A DNA stretch of 64,000 nucleotides, taken from the IMG/VR virus record IMGVR_UViG_3300025073_000989, one strand, 5' to 3'. The first letter of the stretch is position 1. Every line of letters starts with the position of its first letter. The notes below the pieces were generated by a model that was given only the letters and a program-made list of their open reading frames with translations, made no database searches and was not told the DNA's origin. The stretch is from a virus (lineage: Duplodnaviria > Caudoviricetes). The translations under genes were made by a program, and so were the position numbers. Positions 34,086 to 44,408 of the stretch are shown in pieces.

Positions 34086-35561
34086 TTATGCATTATTCTC
34101 TACACCAGGAGCACAAGCGAAAGCTACTGTTGCTGATTGAGTAATTGTATAAAGTGTCTTAGCTTGAGTCGCCCCACCATCGCCTTCACAAAGAAAAACA
34201 CAGTTTTTATTAGTATTAGCTGTACCACCTACTGTGTCGCCTGTATAGTCAAACGTGAAAATAATCTTATTGGAAACATCAGCAGTAGAAGCCATGCCTT
34301 TAACTTCTACTGCTTGATCATCCTGTACTGTAATGGCCCCTGATGTATTGTAGTCCGCAGCAAAAAATGAGTGGTACCATGCTTGAACATCTGACTTAGC
34401 AGCAGAACCAATATCTGCCTCAACAGAAACAGAGAATGAGTAAGTTTTAAGGTTTCCACTATCATCTGTAAAAACAATTCTCTGCTGGTCAGCGGTTGGG
34501 ACGTTATATAGATAAAGACCTAACGTATCAGCCCCTGATCTTGTTACAACTTTACCAGCAGCATTGTATGAGTACCAGGTATTAACCCTCTTACCATTAG
34601 TAACAGTCTCTGTTCCAAAATCAATATCATTATCTGTCTGAGAAAGAGCATCCAGAAAAGCCACCATCTGATCAAGATTTCCTGTACCACTATTTGTAAG
34701 AATCCAAGTAAAATCACCAGCAGCCTCAACAAACTCATCTCTATTAACTGGCGATGCTAATTTTTCTAAATGCATACCTGTCCATGGGGCAATTTGAGCA
34801 CCACCATAAACATCTACTAGAGCATAATCACCTGTTGTAAGATGAACGCTTTCGTTAACAGCAAAACCAGTAGAATACCCACCAAGTTCCGCAATACCAA
34901 GATCGGTAGTAGTTACTTTACGATCATAGTTGTTTCCAAATGTACGTACCGACACCGCTTGATAAGTTCTAGTATCAAAATCACCAGCTGTAGTGTCGGA
35001 TGGAGTATTTCCAGTATCTCCATAAACCTGTACAGCCTCATCTATCTGTCCTGGTTTGGCATAATCATAAGGGGCTCCGCCAGCTGATAGTTGGTAATAT
35101 GGCTGTGAGGCAACTTCAATGTTAGACAAGCCTTTATTACCGAAATAAATACGGTCAATTCCTTGATTAGTAGCATACTCAGTCCAACCTGAACCACGAA
35201 TAATAGCACGGTCTGCAGTAGAAGCCGGCTTACGTGAGTTAATAAAGTTATAAGCACCACCGAATTTGAATGTACCAGAAGTCCAACGGTTGAACTTACG
35301 AAGTTCTTCATTTGATGCCCTTTCTTGGTTTTCAAAAGCATAAATAGCCTCGAACTTGATGCCAAGAGTTTCATCAAGTGGGTTATCCTCCAACCCACTA
35401 CCAAGATCTACTTGAGTAAGCTCTTGTTTAGTAATGAATTCAATTGTACCGCTTACTGTATCAAAAAAGACGTTGCCTGTTGGCGTATCACTCCTTGATC
35501 CAGAAGACGTAACTAGGAGGGTATCATAGTTACTTAGGTCGATTAATGTTGCTGTCGCCAT
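34086..35561 (-). CDS. Putative virion structural protein, 491 aa
   Basis: Gly/Thr/Asp-rich, beta-rich ORF with AGGAG RBS in the structural block. Confidence 0.6.
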   Translation of the reverse strand: MATATLIDLSNYDTLLVTSSGSRSDTPTGNVFFDTVSGTIEFITKQELTQVDLGSGLEDNPLDETLGIKFEAIYAFENQERASNEELRKFNRWTSGTFKFGGAYNFINSRKPASTADRAIIRGSGWTEYATNQGIDRIYFGNKGLSNIEVASQPYYQLSAGGAPYDYAKPGQIDEAVQVYGDTGNTPSDTTAGDFDTRTYQAVSVRTFGNNYDRKVTTTDLGIAELGGYSTGFAVNESVHLTTGDYALVDVYGGAQIAPWTGMHLEKLASPVNRDEFVEAAGDFTWILTNSGTGNLDQMVAFLDALSQTDNDIDFGTETVTNGKRVNTWYSYNAAGKVVTRSGADTLGLYLYNVPTADQQRIVFTDDSGNLKTYSFSVSVEADIGSAAKSDVQAWYHSFFAADYNTSGAITVQDDQAVEVKGMASTADVSNKIIFTFDYTGDTVGGTANTNKNCVFLCEGDGGATQAKTLYTITQSATVAFACAPGVENNA

Positions 35562-35563
35562 TT

Positions 35564-35932
35564 TTACATCTCCTTAGATATAAGTTTAATAAGTTTATCA
35601 GAAAGTCGTTCATTCTCTTCCCGAACCGTTTGTAGCGTTCTTTCATAATTACCTATAACCTCTTCATATCTTCTCCGAGTATCTTTTCTACCAAATTTAA
35701 TACCCTCATTGAACGCTATTAATTCAAATTCTCTCGCAAAATCTAAAATCTTAAAAACCTCTTCCTCTGTAAGTTCACTAGGAAGTTCAAAAAGATCTTC
35801 ACTAGTTATATTCTTCCTTACTTTCCACATACTATTTCCTTTACTGTCACTATACTGCGTAACATGCGCATGTTGTAAATGCACTAAATCATTGTTAACA
35901 ACAGGCTCTACTTTTTTTATTTCTGTTTCCAT
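35564..35932 (-). CDS. Hypothetical protein with C-terminal coiled coil, 122 aa
   Basis: ORF with AGGAG RBS. Confidence 0.7.
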   Translation of the reverse strand: METEIKKVEPVVNNDLVHLQHAHVTQYSDSKGNSMWKVRKNITSEDLFELPSELTEEEVFKILDFAREFELIAFNEGIKFGRKDTRRRYEEVIGNYERTLQTVREENERLSDKLIKLISKEM

Positions 35933-35945
35933 TATTACTTCTCCT

Positions 35946-38135
35946 TTACATGTTTGTATCTACTATTAAATTAGCATAAAAATCACCATTACTTGTAGGC
36001 ATTGTATATTGTTGCCCAAACTCTACATAACCTTCTTTCATTACTTGTATATAAATTAAATTATCTGCTTGTCCATTATAAACAAAAGTAGATGAATCAT
36101 GTGTTTCTATTCCGTCCAATTCAGTACCAAAATCAGGTGGTGCAGATTCATAATCATATATTCTTATTTCAGCTCCAACAAGCGTAACATTTGCTGATAT
36201 GGTTAAAGATACTCCTACATAAGGAGACCAAGTATTTCCGGAATCATCAGTAAAAAAGTCTACATTACCACTACTAAAATTAGTAATAAATACACCTTTT
36301 GAATTACTACGCTCTGTATAAAAACCAGAAGTACCAAGATATAAAGCTCTTACTTGGCTAGCACGGCCCCATTCATGTATTATTTCACCAGAGGCAGATA
36401 AAGATGTTTGAGAGGTTAGTGCTGCTAAGTAGTCATATATTACTTGCATTGTTTTATTATTACCGTCTACCCACATACTAAAATTTTGTTGGGTAGAGTC
36501 TGTGTAAGACGCAGACCAAGTTCCAGCTGTTCCACCGGTTCTACTAATGGATTCTCCATTAGAAAAGTTATTAGAATCTCTAGTACTTAGATGTACTGTA
36601 CCAGCAACTGAATCCCCGTCTACTATTTCTGTAACCACACCATCGGCACCAGAAGTTTCTCCAGTAATTACCATACCTATTTGTAAAGACCCAGTACCTC
36701 CTGTATAATCTATAATACAAGATGTATTTGTATCTTTATACCAGACAATACCACTACCATCAGAAAGAGCTGTAGCTTGTGACGAAGCAACAATATTACT
36801 ATCTAAATTTAATACAATAACATTATCAAAAGCCTCATTTGATACTAAGGTAGATATAAAAGGAGTATACCCCCAACAATCTATTCTTATAGCGTGTCCA
36901 CCATAAGTAGTGGTGGCTGAATTTGTTAGATGTTTTTTATATGTAAAAACACCATTAGCAATACCATTACTATTAGTGTAAGTTTCTAAAACTAGATCTG
37001 CTAAAATAGTGTTTTCATAAACTACAACAACTGTATTAATAATTATACTTCCGCCTGAATCTTTTACAATAACATCAACACTTCTTTGATCATATACACC
37101 ATTAGAAGTAGATGTTAACCAACTAAAATCTGAATAAGTAGTAGCAGACCAAATAGGATTTATTACATACCATGTTTTATTTGAATTAATAACAAGCAGT
37201 GCTAGATTATTGACAAATACTATATCTTTTGTTGTTAAAGTTTCAGTAGTAGTACTACCATTAGCTGTAGTTAAACCAGCAGTTTGAGTAAGAACCAAAC
37301 CATCTATAACAGTGTTAGCGTCTATACGAATAAGCTCGTTAGCACCAGATCTACCAGATATAACGCAATCATATAAAAATGATCCAAAAAACACTGAGCC
37401 GTAGGAATTATTTAAAAATTTAGTATTACGATAAATTACAGATGACCCAGAGGCATTTTCGTAGAATAAAGTTTTAACCTGTGACCATAATAAAGAGTCA
37501 ACAATTTCACCTTTTGCCCCTGAAAGAAACTGTATGGATGGCTCACCATCTGTATTTTGTGTATGAACACAAATACCACCACTTAAAGGAGTACTTCCTA
37601 CCTCTCTCAAATACCCCATATCAAAACGAGCATTATTTTTTACTAAAAAACCTTGTGTTGAACCACCATCATAGGTATCTGCAGCTTCTCCAGCACCCAT
37701 ATAAAGTCCAGCAAGGTCTGTTCCATTACCTATATTAAGAATACCAGTCCATTCATATAAACCAGACCTGGCATTAAGAGCAATACCTGTATTAGCACCA
37801 CCTGTTTCTAAATCATCCATATCATATGGAACATGTATAGTATCACTAGAAACAGGATTAGCACCCCAATCCCTATGAACTGTTAGAATCCTAGTAGTAC
37901 CTGTTCCTGCCGACTCAGAAATACACATACGTCTTTGTACAGTTCCAGCTATATTAATTAAAATAAGCCTACCTACATAGTTTGGATACTTAGTACCAAG
38001 AAACCCGGTATTTAAAACAGACAAAGTGTTAGATATAATTACAGTATTATTGCCTGTCTGTTGAGACTGTGAACCAAGAGTCTCTGTCATAAGATAAGTT
38101 AAAACTGTGCATGGTTTTCCTGCAGTTATTCCCAT
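35946..38135 (-). CDS. Putative virion fibre/beta-helix protein, 729 aa
   Basis: Thr/Gly/Ser-rich, beta-helix-like periodicity; structural block. Confidence 0.55.
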   Translation of the reverse strand: MGITAGKPCTVLTYLMTETLGSQSQQTGNNTVIISNTLSVLNTGFLGTKYPNYVGRLILINIAGTVQRRMCISESAGTGTTRILTVHRDWGANPVSSDTIHVPYDMDDLETGGANTGIALNARSGLYEWTGILNIGNGTDLAGLYMGAGEAADTYDGGSTQGFLVKNNARFDMGYLREVGSTPLSGGICVHTQNTDGEPSIQFLSGAKGEIVDSLLWSQVKTLFYENASGSSVIYRNTKFLNNSYGSVFFGSFLYDCVISGRSGANELIRIDANTVIDGLVLTQTAGLTTANGSTTTETLTTKDIVFVNNLALLVINSNKTWYVINPIWSATTYSDFSWLTSTSNGVYDQRSVDVIVKDSGGSIIINTVVVVYENTILADLVLETYTNSNGIANGVFTYKKHLTNSATTTYGGHAIRIDCWGYTPFISTLVSNEAFDNVIVLNLDSNIVASSQATALSDGSGIVWYKDTNTSCIIDYTGGTGSLQIGMVITGETSGADGVVTEIVDGDSVAGTVHLSTRDSNNFSNGESISRTGGTAGTWSASYTDSTQQNFSMWVDGNNKTMQVIYDYLAALTSQTSLSASGEIIHEWGRASQVRALYLGTSGFYTERSNSKGVFITNFSSGNVDFFTDDSGNTWSPYVGVSLTISANVTLVGAEIRIYDYESAPPDFGTELDGIETHDSSTFVYNGQADNLIYIQVMKEGYVEFGQQYTMPTSNGDFYANLIVDTNM

Positions 38136-38175
38136 TAATTACTCCAAATAACAGTATAAACACATAGTTGCATAA

Positions 38176-38373
38176 CTACCCAACTGGATTAGGAAAAGCC
38201 ACCAAACTTGGTTTAAGTATAGTTGCATTTATCCCAATAGAACTTATAGTAACTTCGGCCTTTAAGTTTTTATTACCAACCTCCTCTGAATATAAACTTG
38301 GGTGGCATACAGCTACAGCATCCGGATCACCTCTAAAATCATAACCAGCCCAGGCAAAGTATAGAATATTCAT
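38176..38373 (-). CDS. Hypothetical protein, 65 aa
   Basis: Small ORF translationally coupled to the upstream gene. Confidence 0.5.
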   Translation of the reverse strand: MNILYFAWAGYDFRGDPDAVAVCHPSLYSEEVGNKNLKAEVTISSIGINATILKPSLVAFPNPVG

Positions 38374-38918
38374 TAAAAAGGGCCTCCTATTTTATATGGG
38401 GCCTTATCGTTGGTACTTCTATAGTGAGCGTAAACTATTCCTGAAATAGTAGTATTACCCCAATCAGGATCATCATCATTCTTTATTCTAGTAATAATAT
38501 AATCTGTAGCTCTTTTTGGAACATTTCTAGCAATTTGAGATAGAGTAGCATCATTATCACCACGTATAACATCCTCTATACTTAAATTATAATGCCTATT
38601 TTGTTTTATTAATGCATAAAAATTATCTAAATTAATATCAGTAGAACTAACCAAAACTTCTTCAGTAGAAGTAATAAAACCATCAGACATAGCATAACAT
38701 ATATAACTACCTTCCTCAGGAATACTCAGTACAGTCTTATATATACCAGAAACAACTGTAGATTCTGAAAGATAACCATTAATTGCTGGATTAAGTTGGG
38801 TATCATCTATGTTTCTTACATCATAGGTTACTATTGCATCAGAAACCAAACTGCCTGTAGCCTCATCTAATAACATTGCTGTTATAGGAAAGTTTTCTGA
38901 TACACCAACCTTTATCAC
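38373..38918 (-). CDS. Hypothetical protein with Ig-like N-terminus, 181 aa
   Basis: GTG start after AGAGG; beta-rich N-terminal region (SGIYKTVLSIPEEGSY). Confidence 0.6.
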   Translation of the reverse strand: MIKVGVSENFPITAMLLDEATGSLVSDAIVTYDVRNIDDTQLNPAINGYLSESTVVSGIYKTVLSIPEEGSYICYAMSDGFITSTEEVLVSSTDINLDNFYALIKQNRHYNLSIEDVIRGDNDATLSQIARNVPKRATDYIITRIKNDDDPDWGNTTISGIVYAHYRSTNDKAPYKIGGPF

Positions 38919-38945
38919 TGTTACCTCTTATATAAAAATGTAAAA

Positions 38946-39215
38946 CTAAACAACATCCAATTGATAGTTTACAGTTAAATTATCATCCGCCGTAGGGTAT
39001 ATGTATATAAATGTTATTTCATTACTTCTTGTCTGTTTAAAATCGTTTGGAGATATTAATAATTGGCCATTATACGATATATTTATTCTATCTACTTTAT
39101 AATTGTAACCTGTTGTGTATACCTGATTAGTTCCATCTTTAACTCCTATCAACTCCTCAGAAACAAGCACAGATGTAACGGATGTATTTAATGACGGCTT
39201 CCTAAGTACAATCAT
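38946..39215 (-). CDS. Small putative virion protein, 89 aa
   Basis: LIGVKDGTNQVYTT...YNGQLL motif resembles repeat units of large-phage fibre proteins. Confidence 0.55.
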   Translation of the reverse strand: MIVLRKPSLNTSVTSVLVSEELIGVKDGTNQVYTTGYNYKVDRINISYNGQLLISPNDFKQTRSNEITFIYIYPTADDNLTVNYQLDVV

Positions 39216-39261
39216 ATTAAAATATCCTAAACTATTTACAATTATTTAATGTCTATAAACA

Positions 39262-39726
39262 TTATCTAGAAACAGTAAGATCTTGTATTCTTTTTCTTAA
39301 AATTCTACACAAACTATCTTTTCCTGCTCTAGGTGAAGCTTCTTGTAAAGCGTACTTTAAAAGCTTTAGATCAGTCATATTTGGCAATATATCTCTGGCC
39401 TGCCTAACCGATAACTGTACAATATCCTCCACTTCCATATTTTTTGGTGATATACTTTTAGCCCTATTAGCAGCAGTAGTAGTGGCTATTACTTTATCAG
39501 CCTCCTGTTTTTCTGCTTCAGAAGTACCTAGCACTATTTCCCATTTATTTTTATCTGTTAATTTAACTGTTTTTAACCACGCTATAAAATCCTCACCCTC
39601 AGGAAGCGCATACTTCTTACCATACTGCTCATACAACTCATCCAAAGATACTGTAGCGCCCGGGCCAATTGCCCTTTTCATAGCATGTGTCCACATTGAA
39701 CTTTTATTTTTTATATAACCTTTCAT
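39262..39726 (-). CDS. Hypothetical protein, 154 aa
   Basis: ORF with AGGAG RBS. Confidence 0.75.
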   Translation of the reverse strand: MKGYIKNKSSMWTHAMKRAIGPGATVSLDELYEQYGKKYALPEGEDFIAWLKTVKLTDKNKWEIVLGTSEAEKQEADKVIATTTAANRAKSISPKNMEVEDIVQLSVRQARDILPNMTDLKLLKYALQEASPRAGKDSLCRILRKRIQDLTVSR

Positions 39727-39770
39727 TTAACTTCTCCTTTTCTTTTTTGTTTTATTAAATAACCTTGTCC

Positions 39771-40085
39771 TTAATCTACCTTTTTATATCTATCAAATCT
39801 ATCTATTATAAAATGTAATAAATTTGACATTCTGTGAATAATTAAACCATAAAACAGCCAATTAAAATATCCATATACACCCGTTAAATACAAAACAGAT
39901 AAAGCAACACCTACCCATACAGACAAACAGTAACCGCAATCAAAAAGTTTATGTAAAAAATTAAAAAATTTTCTAGCTCTTCTATTAAAAAAATACCCCC
40001 TTACCGGGCTAAAAAATTCAGACTTTGTAAGTAATTCAGTTATAGCCTCAACTAATATAATCCCTAAAATAAATTTAGTTAACAT
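39771..40085 (-). CDS. Membrane protein, DUF1360-like, 104 aa
   Basis: Hydrophobic segments around LFDCGYCLSVWVG. Confidence 0.6.
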   Translation of the reverse strand: MLTKFILGIILVEAITELLTKSEFFSPVRGYFFNRRARKFFNFLHKLFDCGYCLSVWVGVALSVLYLTGVYGYFNWLFYGLIIHRMSNLLHFIIDRFDRYKKVD

Positions 40086-41592
40086 CTATTTCCCTATAAA
40101 CATTAAGAAGGTTAGTTAATTTATAAACATATGTCCTGTGACCACAATCCCAAATACGATCATATCCTTGTGCTTCTCGCAGCTGCCACTCGGTTTTACC
40201 AGTTATTCTTTCTTCAGGAGTCTTACGCAAAGACAGATTTCTATACCTAACCCCATTTTTAGTATAATGAGGTGTATATTTAGTATACTCTTGAAGCTCA
40301 AAACCAATAGATTCATATACTGGCTTAATTATATTAGCATAACGCATATCACAGTAAGACTTTATCATATCATAATTGTTTTCTACAGCAAATTTAATAA
40401 CACGTTTAAATAATTTACCTACTCCACCAATTACACTGACAAATCTTTTAGTACAAAATCTTTTTAACTCTAGTACTTTACCATTTGATGTATGTTTTCT
40501 GGAAGGAATACCAACGCTACCTATAGCTACTAATTCTTTATTATAAACAAGCCCCCAAGCCTTTATTGCCGTAGATTTACCTTGTATATGATTTTCTATA
40601 AAAAATTTATTTGCCTCTGAAGAGGTTAATTCCACTATATCACATTTCCTGGCATAAATTCTAGCATTATGAATACCTAAAGCATTTAGTATTCTAGACA
40701 TAACTATATCAAAATTATTATTTAGTTCATCTTCAAATACAGTAATAAGTCTTATTTCCTCGTTAAAGCAAGCGACCATTTTATTATAATGATATGAACG
40801 TTCCTTACCTGAAGCGTCTCCGTGCCAGTACAAACCACACAATTCGATTGCTAATTTATTATCAGGAAAATAGATATCTAATTCTCTTGGTAATAATATA
40901 GTTCTGTTGTTATATTCTATATTTGTTTTAGGGTAGTTTTGTAGAAAAAAGTCTCTAACTTTTTTTTCTAAACTTGATACGTAATCACCTGAAGCATAAC
41001 AATGTAGACATCTACTATTATTACCGTCTTTGAAGTTATGAAAACTAGTTAGCCACCTATGTCCTTTTGGGCACTCCAAAAGAAGCTTTGTACTATTATT
41101 AATATAGTCGTCTGATAAAAGTTTATAGTTATTTTCTTCAATGTAATTCTTTACATATTCAAAAGTTAAACGACTTGGTTTTCCTGAAATGTACTCTTTG
41201 GCGTCTGGGTACTTTTTTCTATAATACTCTGCCTTACTTAAAAGACATTTTTCTTTATTATTTTTATAATAGTTTCTACCCTTATCCAACATATACTGCT
41301 TCGATCTTCTGGCCTGTATTCTTTGATTTTTTATAAAAACTCTAACTTTATCACATTCTTTGGCACCACAATACTCTTTTTGTGGATAATAAGTTTTAAA
41401 TTCTATAGAACAGGCTTTGCATGTTTTTATAAATTCAATTGGATGATTTAATCTGTTCTTTTTTGCGTCTAATTTAGTTTGAAGTAGCTTCTTTCCTGTA
41501 TCCATACAGTTTATGCAGTACCTCTGTTTTGGGCTAGTTGGGTAGTATTTTATAGAACATAAATCACATATTTTTTCTTTATAACTAGCCAT
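40075..41592 (-). CDS. Free-standing putative homing endonuclease (Zn ribbons, PD-(D/E)XK/Vsr-like domain, C-terminal RIYARKC...GYDRIWDCG domain), 505 aa
   Basis: CxxC pairs; ELDIYFPDNKLAIELCGLYWH nuclease motif; C-terminal domain like Hef-type phage endonucleases. Confidence 0.65.
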   Translation of the reverse strand: MASYKEKICDLCSIKYYPTSPKQRYCINCMDTGKKLLQTKLDAKKNRLNHPIEFIKTCKACSIEFKTYYPQKEYCGAKECDKVRVFIKNQRIQARRSKQYMLDKGRNYYKNNKEKCLLSKAEYYRKKYPDAKEYISGKPSRLTFEYVKNYIEENNYKLLSDDYINNSTKLLLECPKGHRWLTSFHNFKDGNNSRCLHCYASGDYVSSLEKKVRDFFLQNYPKTNIEYNNRTILLPRELDIYFPDNKLAIELCGLYWHGDASGKERSYHYNKMVACFNEEIRLITVFEDELNNNFDIVMSRILNALGIHNARIYARKCDIVELTSSEANKFFIENHIQGKSTAIKAWGLVYNKELVAIGSVGIPSRKHTSNGKVLELKRFCTKRFVSVIGGVGKLFKRVIKFAVENNYDMIKSYCDMRYANIIKPVYESIGFELQEYTKYTPHYTKNGVRYRNLSLRKTPEERITGKTEWQLREAQGYDRIWDCGHRTYVYKLTNLLNVYREIDVN

Positions 41593-41601
41593 AAACCCTC
41601 A

Positions 41602-42417
41602 TTATAATTTACTTAAACTACTGTAAGAACAATCATCATCATTACTATGTATTTTGTTGTGACAAACACTACAACATGCCAAGCCGTTATCTGAATCAAG
41701 CGCCCTACAGGCGTCTACTTTTTTTGGAATTATATGATGAGCTGTAGAAGCAACACCGCCACACAATTCACAAACATTAGTGTATTTCTCTAAAATAATT
41801 TTACTCCAAACCCTAAGCGACGATTCACTATAATTAGAATTATTTCTGTGTTTTCTAGGATTTTTTCCTTTTGGATAATACTTTTTATGAAATATAGAAC
41901 AAAGGTCTTTGCATTTATCTGAACAATAAAACCTACTTTCCCTATCTGTGTGGCCTAAAATAAATTGTACTCTATTATCACAGTTTACTCTTGTTGGCCT
42001 AAACCACTCTTTACAATAAAAGCACCTCACATTAAGTATCCTAGAATCCTGTAAATCAGTTTGTATCTCTTCAACTATACTGAGTTTATCACAAAAGGTA
42101 CTATATAAAGGAATGTTTAATTTAACTACATCACCTTTAGACATACGCCTAGCTATAGCCTCACACTCTTGCTTAGTTTTTATTCTACCAGTAGACAGCA
42201 ACCTCATTTTATTTATATAGTCGATGTCTTTGCAAACACACCCAGCGCAACAGTAACTAGAATTATACGAAGTACGAGTTAAATATGCACTACCACACAC
42301 AACACAGCTACTTTTAAACTTATAGTAATTGCTACCTTTTCTAAAAACATCCCTTTTATACACATAAGAAAACTTATCTAAAATCTCAAAACCATCTTCA
42401 TCTATAGGTATCTTCAT
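41602..42417 (-). CDS. HNH endonuclease, 271 aa
   Basis: C-terminal CELCGG..AHHIIP....NGLACCSVCHNKIH. Confidence 0.8.
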   Translation of the reverse strand: MKIPIDEDGFEILDKFSYVYKRDVFRKGSNYYKFKSSCVVCGSAYLTRTSYNSSYCCAGCVCKDIDYINKMRLLSTGRIKTKQECEAIARRMSKGDVVKLNIPLYSTFCDKLSIVEEIQTDLQDSRILNVRCFYCKEWFRPTRVNCDNRVQFILGHTDRESRFYCSDKCKDLCSIFHKKYYPKGKNPRKHRNNSNYSESSLRVWSKIILEKYTNVCELCGGVASTAHHIIPKKVDACRALDSDNGLACCSVCHNKIHSNDDDCSYSSLSKL

Positions 42418-42584
42418 AAACTAAACCTTTGTGTATAATATAATCACTCTATGTTATAAAATAAAGCAATAAAATATAAAACAAGTAACCAAATAACCCT
42501 TACTTATGTATAACTACAAAAACAAGACCGGTTTGGATAAAAATACTTTATAATTACCAAAAAACTCTTACTTTTGTTTTTTGT

Positions 42585-42625
42585 AAAAAAGTACCCTACT
42601 CCATCATTAATGAAGTAGGGTACTG
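42585..42625 (-). terminator. Rho-independent terminator after the major capsid gene
   Basis: AGTACCCTACT/AGTAGGGTACT stem followed by a T-run on the minus strand, ~20 nt after the stop. Confidence 0.85.
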
Positions 42626-42644
42626 TTATTACTTCATTTTTTTA

Positions 42645-43715
42645 TTATAGAGAACGATCTATAATACCCATTCCTAGCATACGAGAGTCCAAACACGCAA
42701 ATCCCAAATCAGCCCACCCAAAAAATCCTTGCTTTTGTTTACGTAGTAAAGTAGGGTCATCGTGAGCCTCAAACTCTTTTCTGATCGGCATAACAAGTGA
42801 GTCATTAGTAGTTAGATCAAAACCAAGCACCTGAGTCTCGCCCAAAGTGTTAATAGTCCCATCAGCATTAACCAGATTTGGGTTTTCTATTGTGTAGGAA
42901 TTATAAGCCTCACTACCGTCAGCAATAAATTTACCAAAACTAGAAGCATTACCGTTAATATTATACATACCGGTTGCACCTAAATGCTGTACCTCATGTA
43001 ACTGCACATTCCAAATACTTCCCATACCTGAAGCTTGAAATATTTCTCTTCTGGTTACTGGATCGATATCTGTATCTGTCCACTCACGTATATCAGCCGC
43101 ATCTTCTGGGCTAACATAAAGATCTGTTAGTTTACGGCCAGTTCTCTTGAATCCTACAATCATCTTGTTTATCAATTCCTTCGAAAGATAACCAGCTCCA
43201 GTAGAAGCCGGATTAATTTCATAAATAGGAGCAGGTCTAGCACCTAATAAACCTTTACCAGAAAAAGAAGTTGTTGCGGCCGGCATAATTACTCTCCAAC
43301 CACATTCTTCTTCATAATTTGCTAAGTCTTTAGCAGCCCTAGCAGCAGCTTTTTGTGGAATATCAATTCTAGAATCTCTAGCATATGTTATCTTCCAATC
43401 ATAAGCTGTATCAATTGTGAATGTTGGTACAAACACCTCTTCCCCTATACCCTCAATAAAGTTCTGAGCAATATAACCTAGTCCTGGTAAAACCCACACT
43501 GGAATCTCAAAATCCTCTGCTATTGGATAAACAGCCTGAGCACCAGGAGCTAAACGTTCTACAGCAAAGAGATGTCTCATGATAGACTCTAATTCAATTT
43601 TTTGAAGTATTGGTACAGTAAGAGCTGAAGCAAAAGCTCTATATGCAGCCAATCCTTCAGGGGTATGAACTTCTGCGGTTGCCCTAAAAAGTTCCTGCAT
43701 TTCTTTTCGTTCCAT
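42645..43715 (-). CDS. Major capsid protein (HK97 fold expected), 356 aa
   Basis: Follows protease, scaffold and decoration genes; strong RBS; followed by a terminator; ends with capsid-like GFFGWADLGFACLD. Confidence 0.8.
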   Translation of the reverse strand: MERKEMQELFRATAEVHTPEGLAAYRAFASALTVPILQKIELESIMRHLFAVERLAPGAQAVYPIAEDFEIPVWVLPGLGYIAQNFIEGIGEEVFVPTFTIDTAYDWKITYARDSRIDIPQKAAARAAKDLANYEEECGWRVIMPAATTSFSGKGLLGARPAPIYEINPASTGAGYLSKELINKMIVGFKRTGRKLTDLYVSPEDAADIREWTDTDIDPVTRREIFQASGMGSIWNVQLHEVQHLGATGMYNINGNASSFGKFIADGSEAYNSYTIENPNLVNADGTINTLGETQVLGFDLTTNDSLVMPIRKEFEAHDDPTLLRKQKQGFFGWADLGFACLDSRMLGMGIIDRSL

Positions 43716-43744
43716 AATTTAAATTCCTCCTAATTTTTATAGTT

Positions 43745-43774
43745 ACGGATACACCTATAGGTGTATTAATCCGT
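43745..43774. other. Intergenic palindrome upstream of the capsid gene
   Basis: ATACACCTATAGGTGTAT perfect palindrome flanked by ACGG/CCGT. Confidence 0.5.
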
Positions 43775-43776
43775 TA

Positions 43777-44394
43777 TTATACTAACAGTTTAATTCTGAT
43801 AGGATAAAGAGTAGTATTGTTAATGTTGGCTGAACATTTAGTAGTACTTGCACCTTTAACTACTCTAGCTACAATAACATCAGAACAACGTTCCCCGGCA
43901 GTATCAGAACCATCTGAACTAACAGTACTATTTGTTACTTTTGCATCTTGAGCTGCTGGGTACAAAGCCAAACCAGGAGTCATAGCCACACTAGGTGTAG
44001 TATCACCTACACAAGTATAATGCACTGTATCCCAAATACCCAAATGTGCAACACCTACTGGTACTGCTTTAGTGCCTGTAATAGCACCAGATCCATTATA
44101 GGTGGGTTGAGCAATAGCGTCACTAGAACCTAAATCACCAGGCATCATAAATCCAGCAGGGTGTACTTGATGATAGCCAGTTTTAACTTTTTGCATTAAA
44201 AATCCAAATGGTGCCTCAGCAGTACCATGTGCCATTTTTTGAACTTCTGATTCTTGATTAGTGGCTCCTGTTACCAACTCTACAACTGCACCAGCATAAG
44301 CAACCACACCACCAACACCGGCAGAACCAGTTCCAGTCTGTGCTTTATAACTACAAAATTGATTCTCAACTACAGGATGTCTTGGTATAAACAT
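43777..44394 (-). CDS. Putative capsid decoration/cement protein, 205 aa
   Basis: Between scaffold and capsid genes; Gly/Ala/Thr-rich. Confidence 0.55.
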   Translation of the reverse strand: MFIPRHPVVENQFCSYKAQTGTGSAGVGGVVAYAGAVVELVTGATNQESEVQKMAHGTAEAPFGFLMQKVKTGYHQVHPAGFMMPGDLGSSDAIAQPTYNGSGAITGTKAVPVGVAHLGIWDTVHYTCVGDTTPSVAMTPGLALYPAAQDAKVTNSTVSSDGSDTAGERCSDVIVARVVKGASTTKCSANINNTTLYPIRIKLLV

Positions 44395-44408
44395 ATCCTT
44401 TATCCTCC

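Noticed and set aside
34544-35404. Minus-strand ORFs 34544..34738 and 35042..35404
   Set aside because: Nested out of frame in the 491-aa structural gene; no RBS or motif noticed.
42418-42644. Intergenic gaps (also 26990-27140, 45130-45245, 60755-61070) as tRNA or ncRNA loci
   Set aside because: No cloverleaf or T-loop signature seen; only AT-rich sequence, a terminator and promoter elements.
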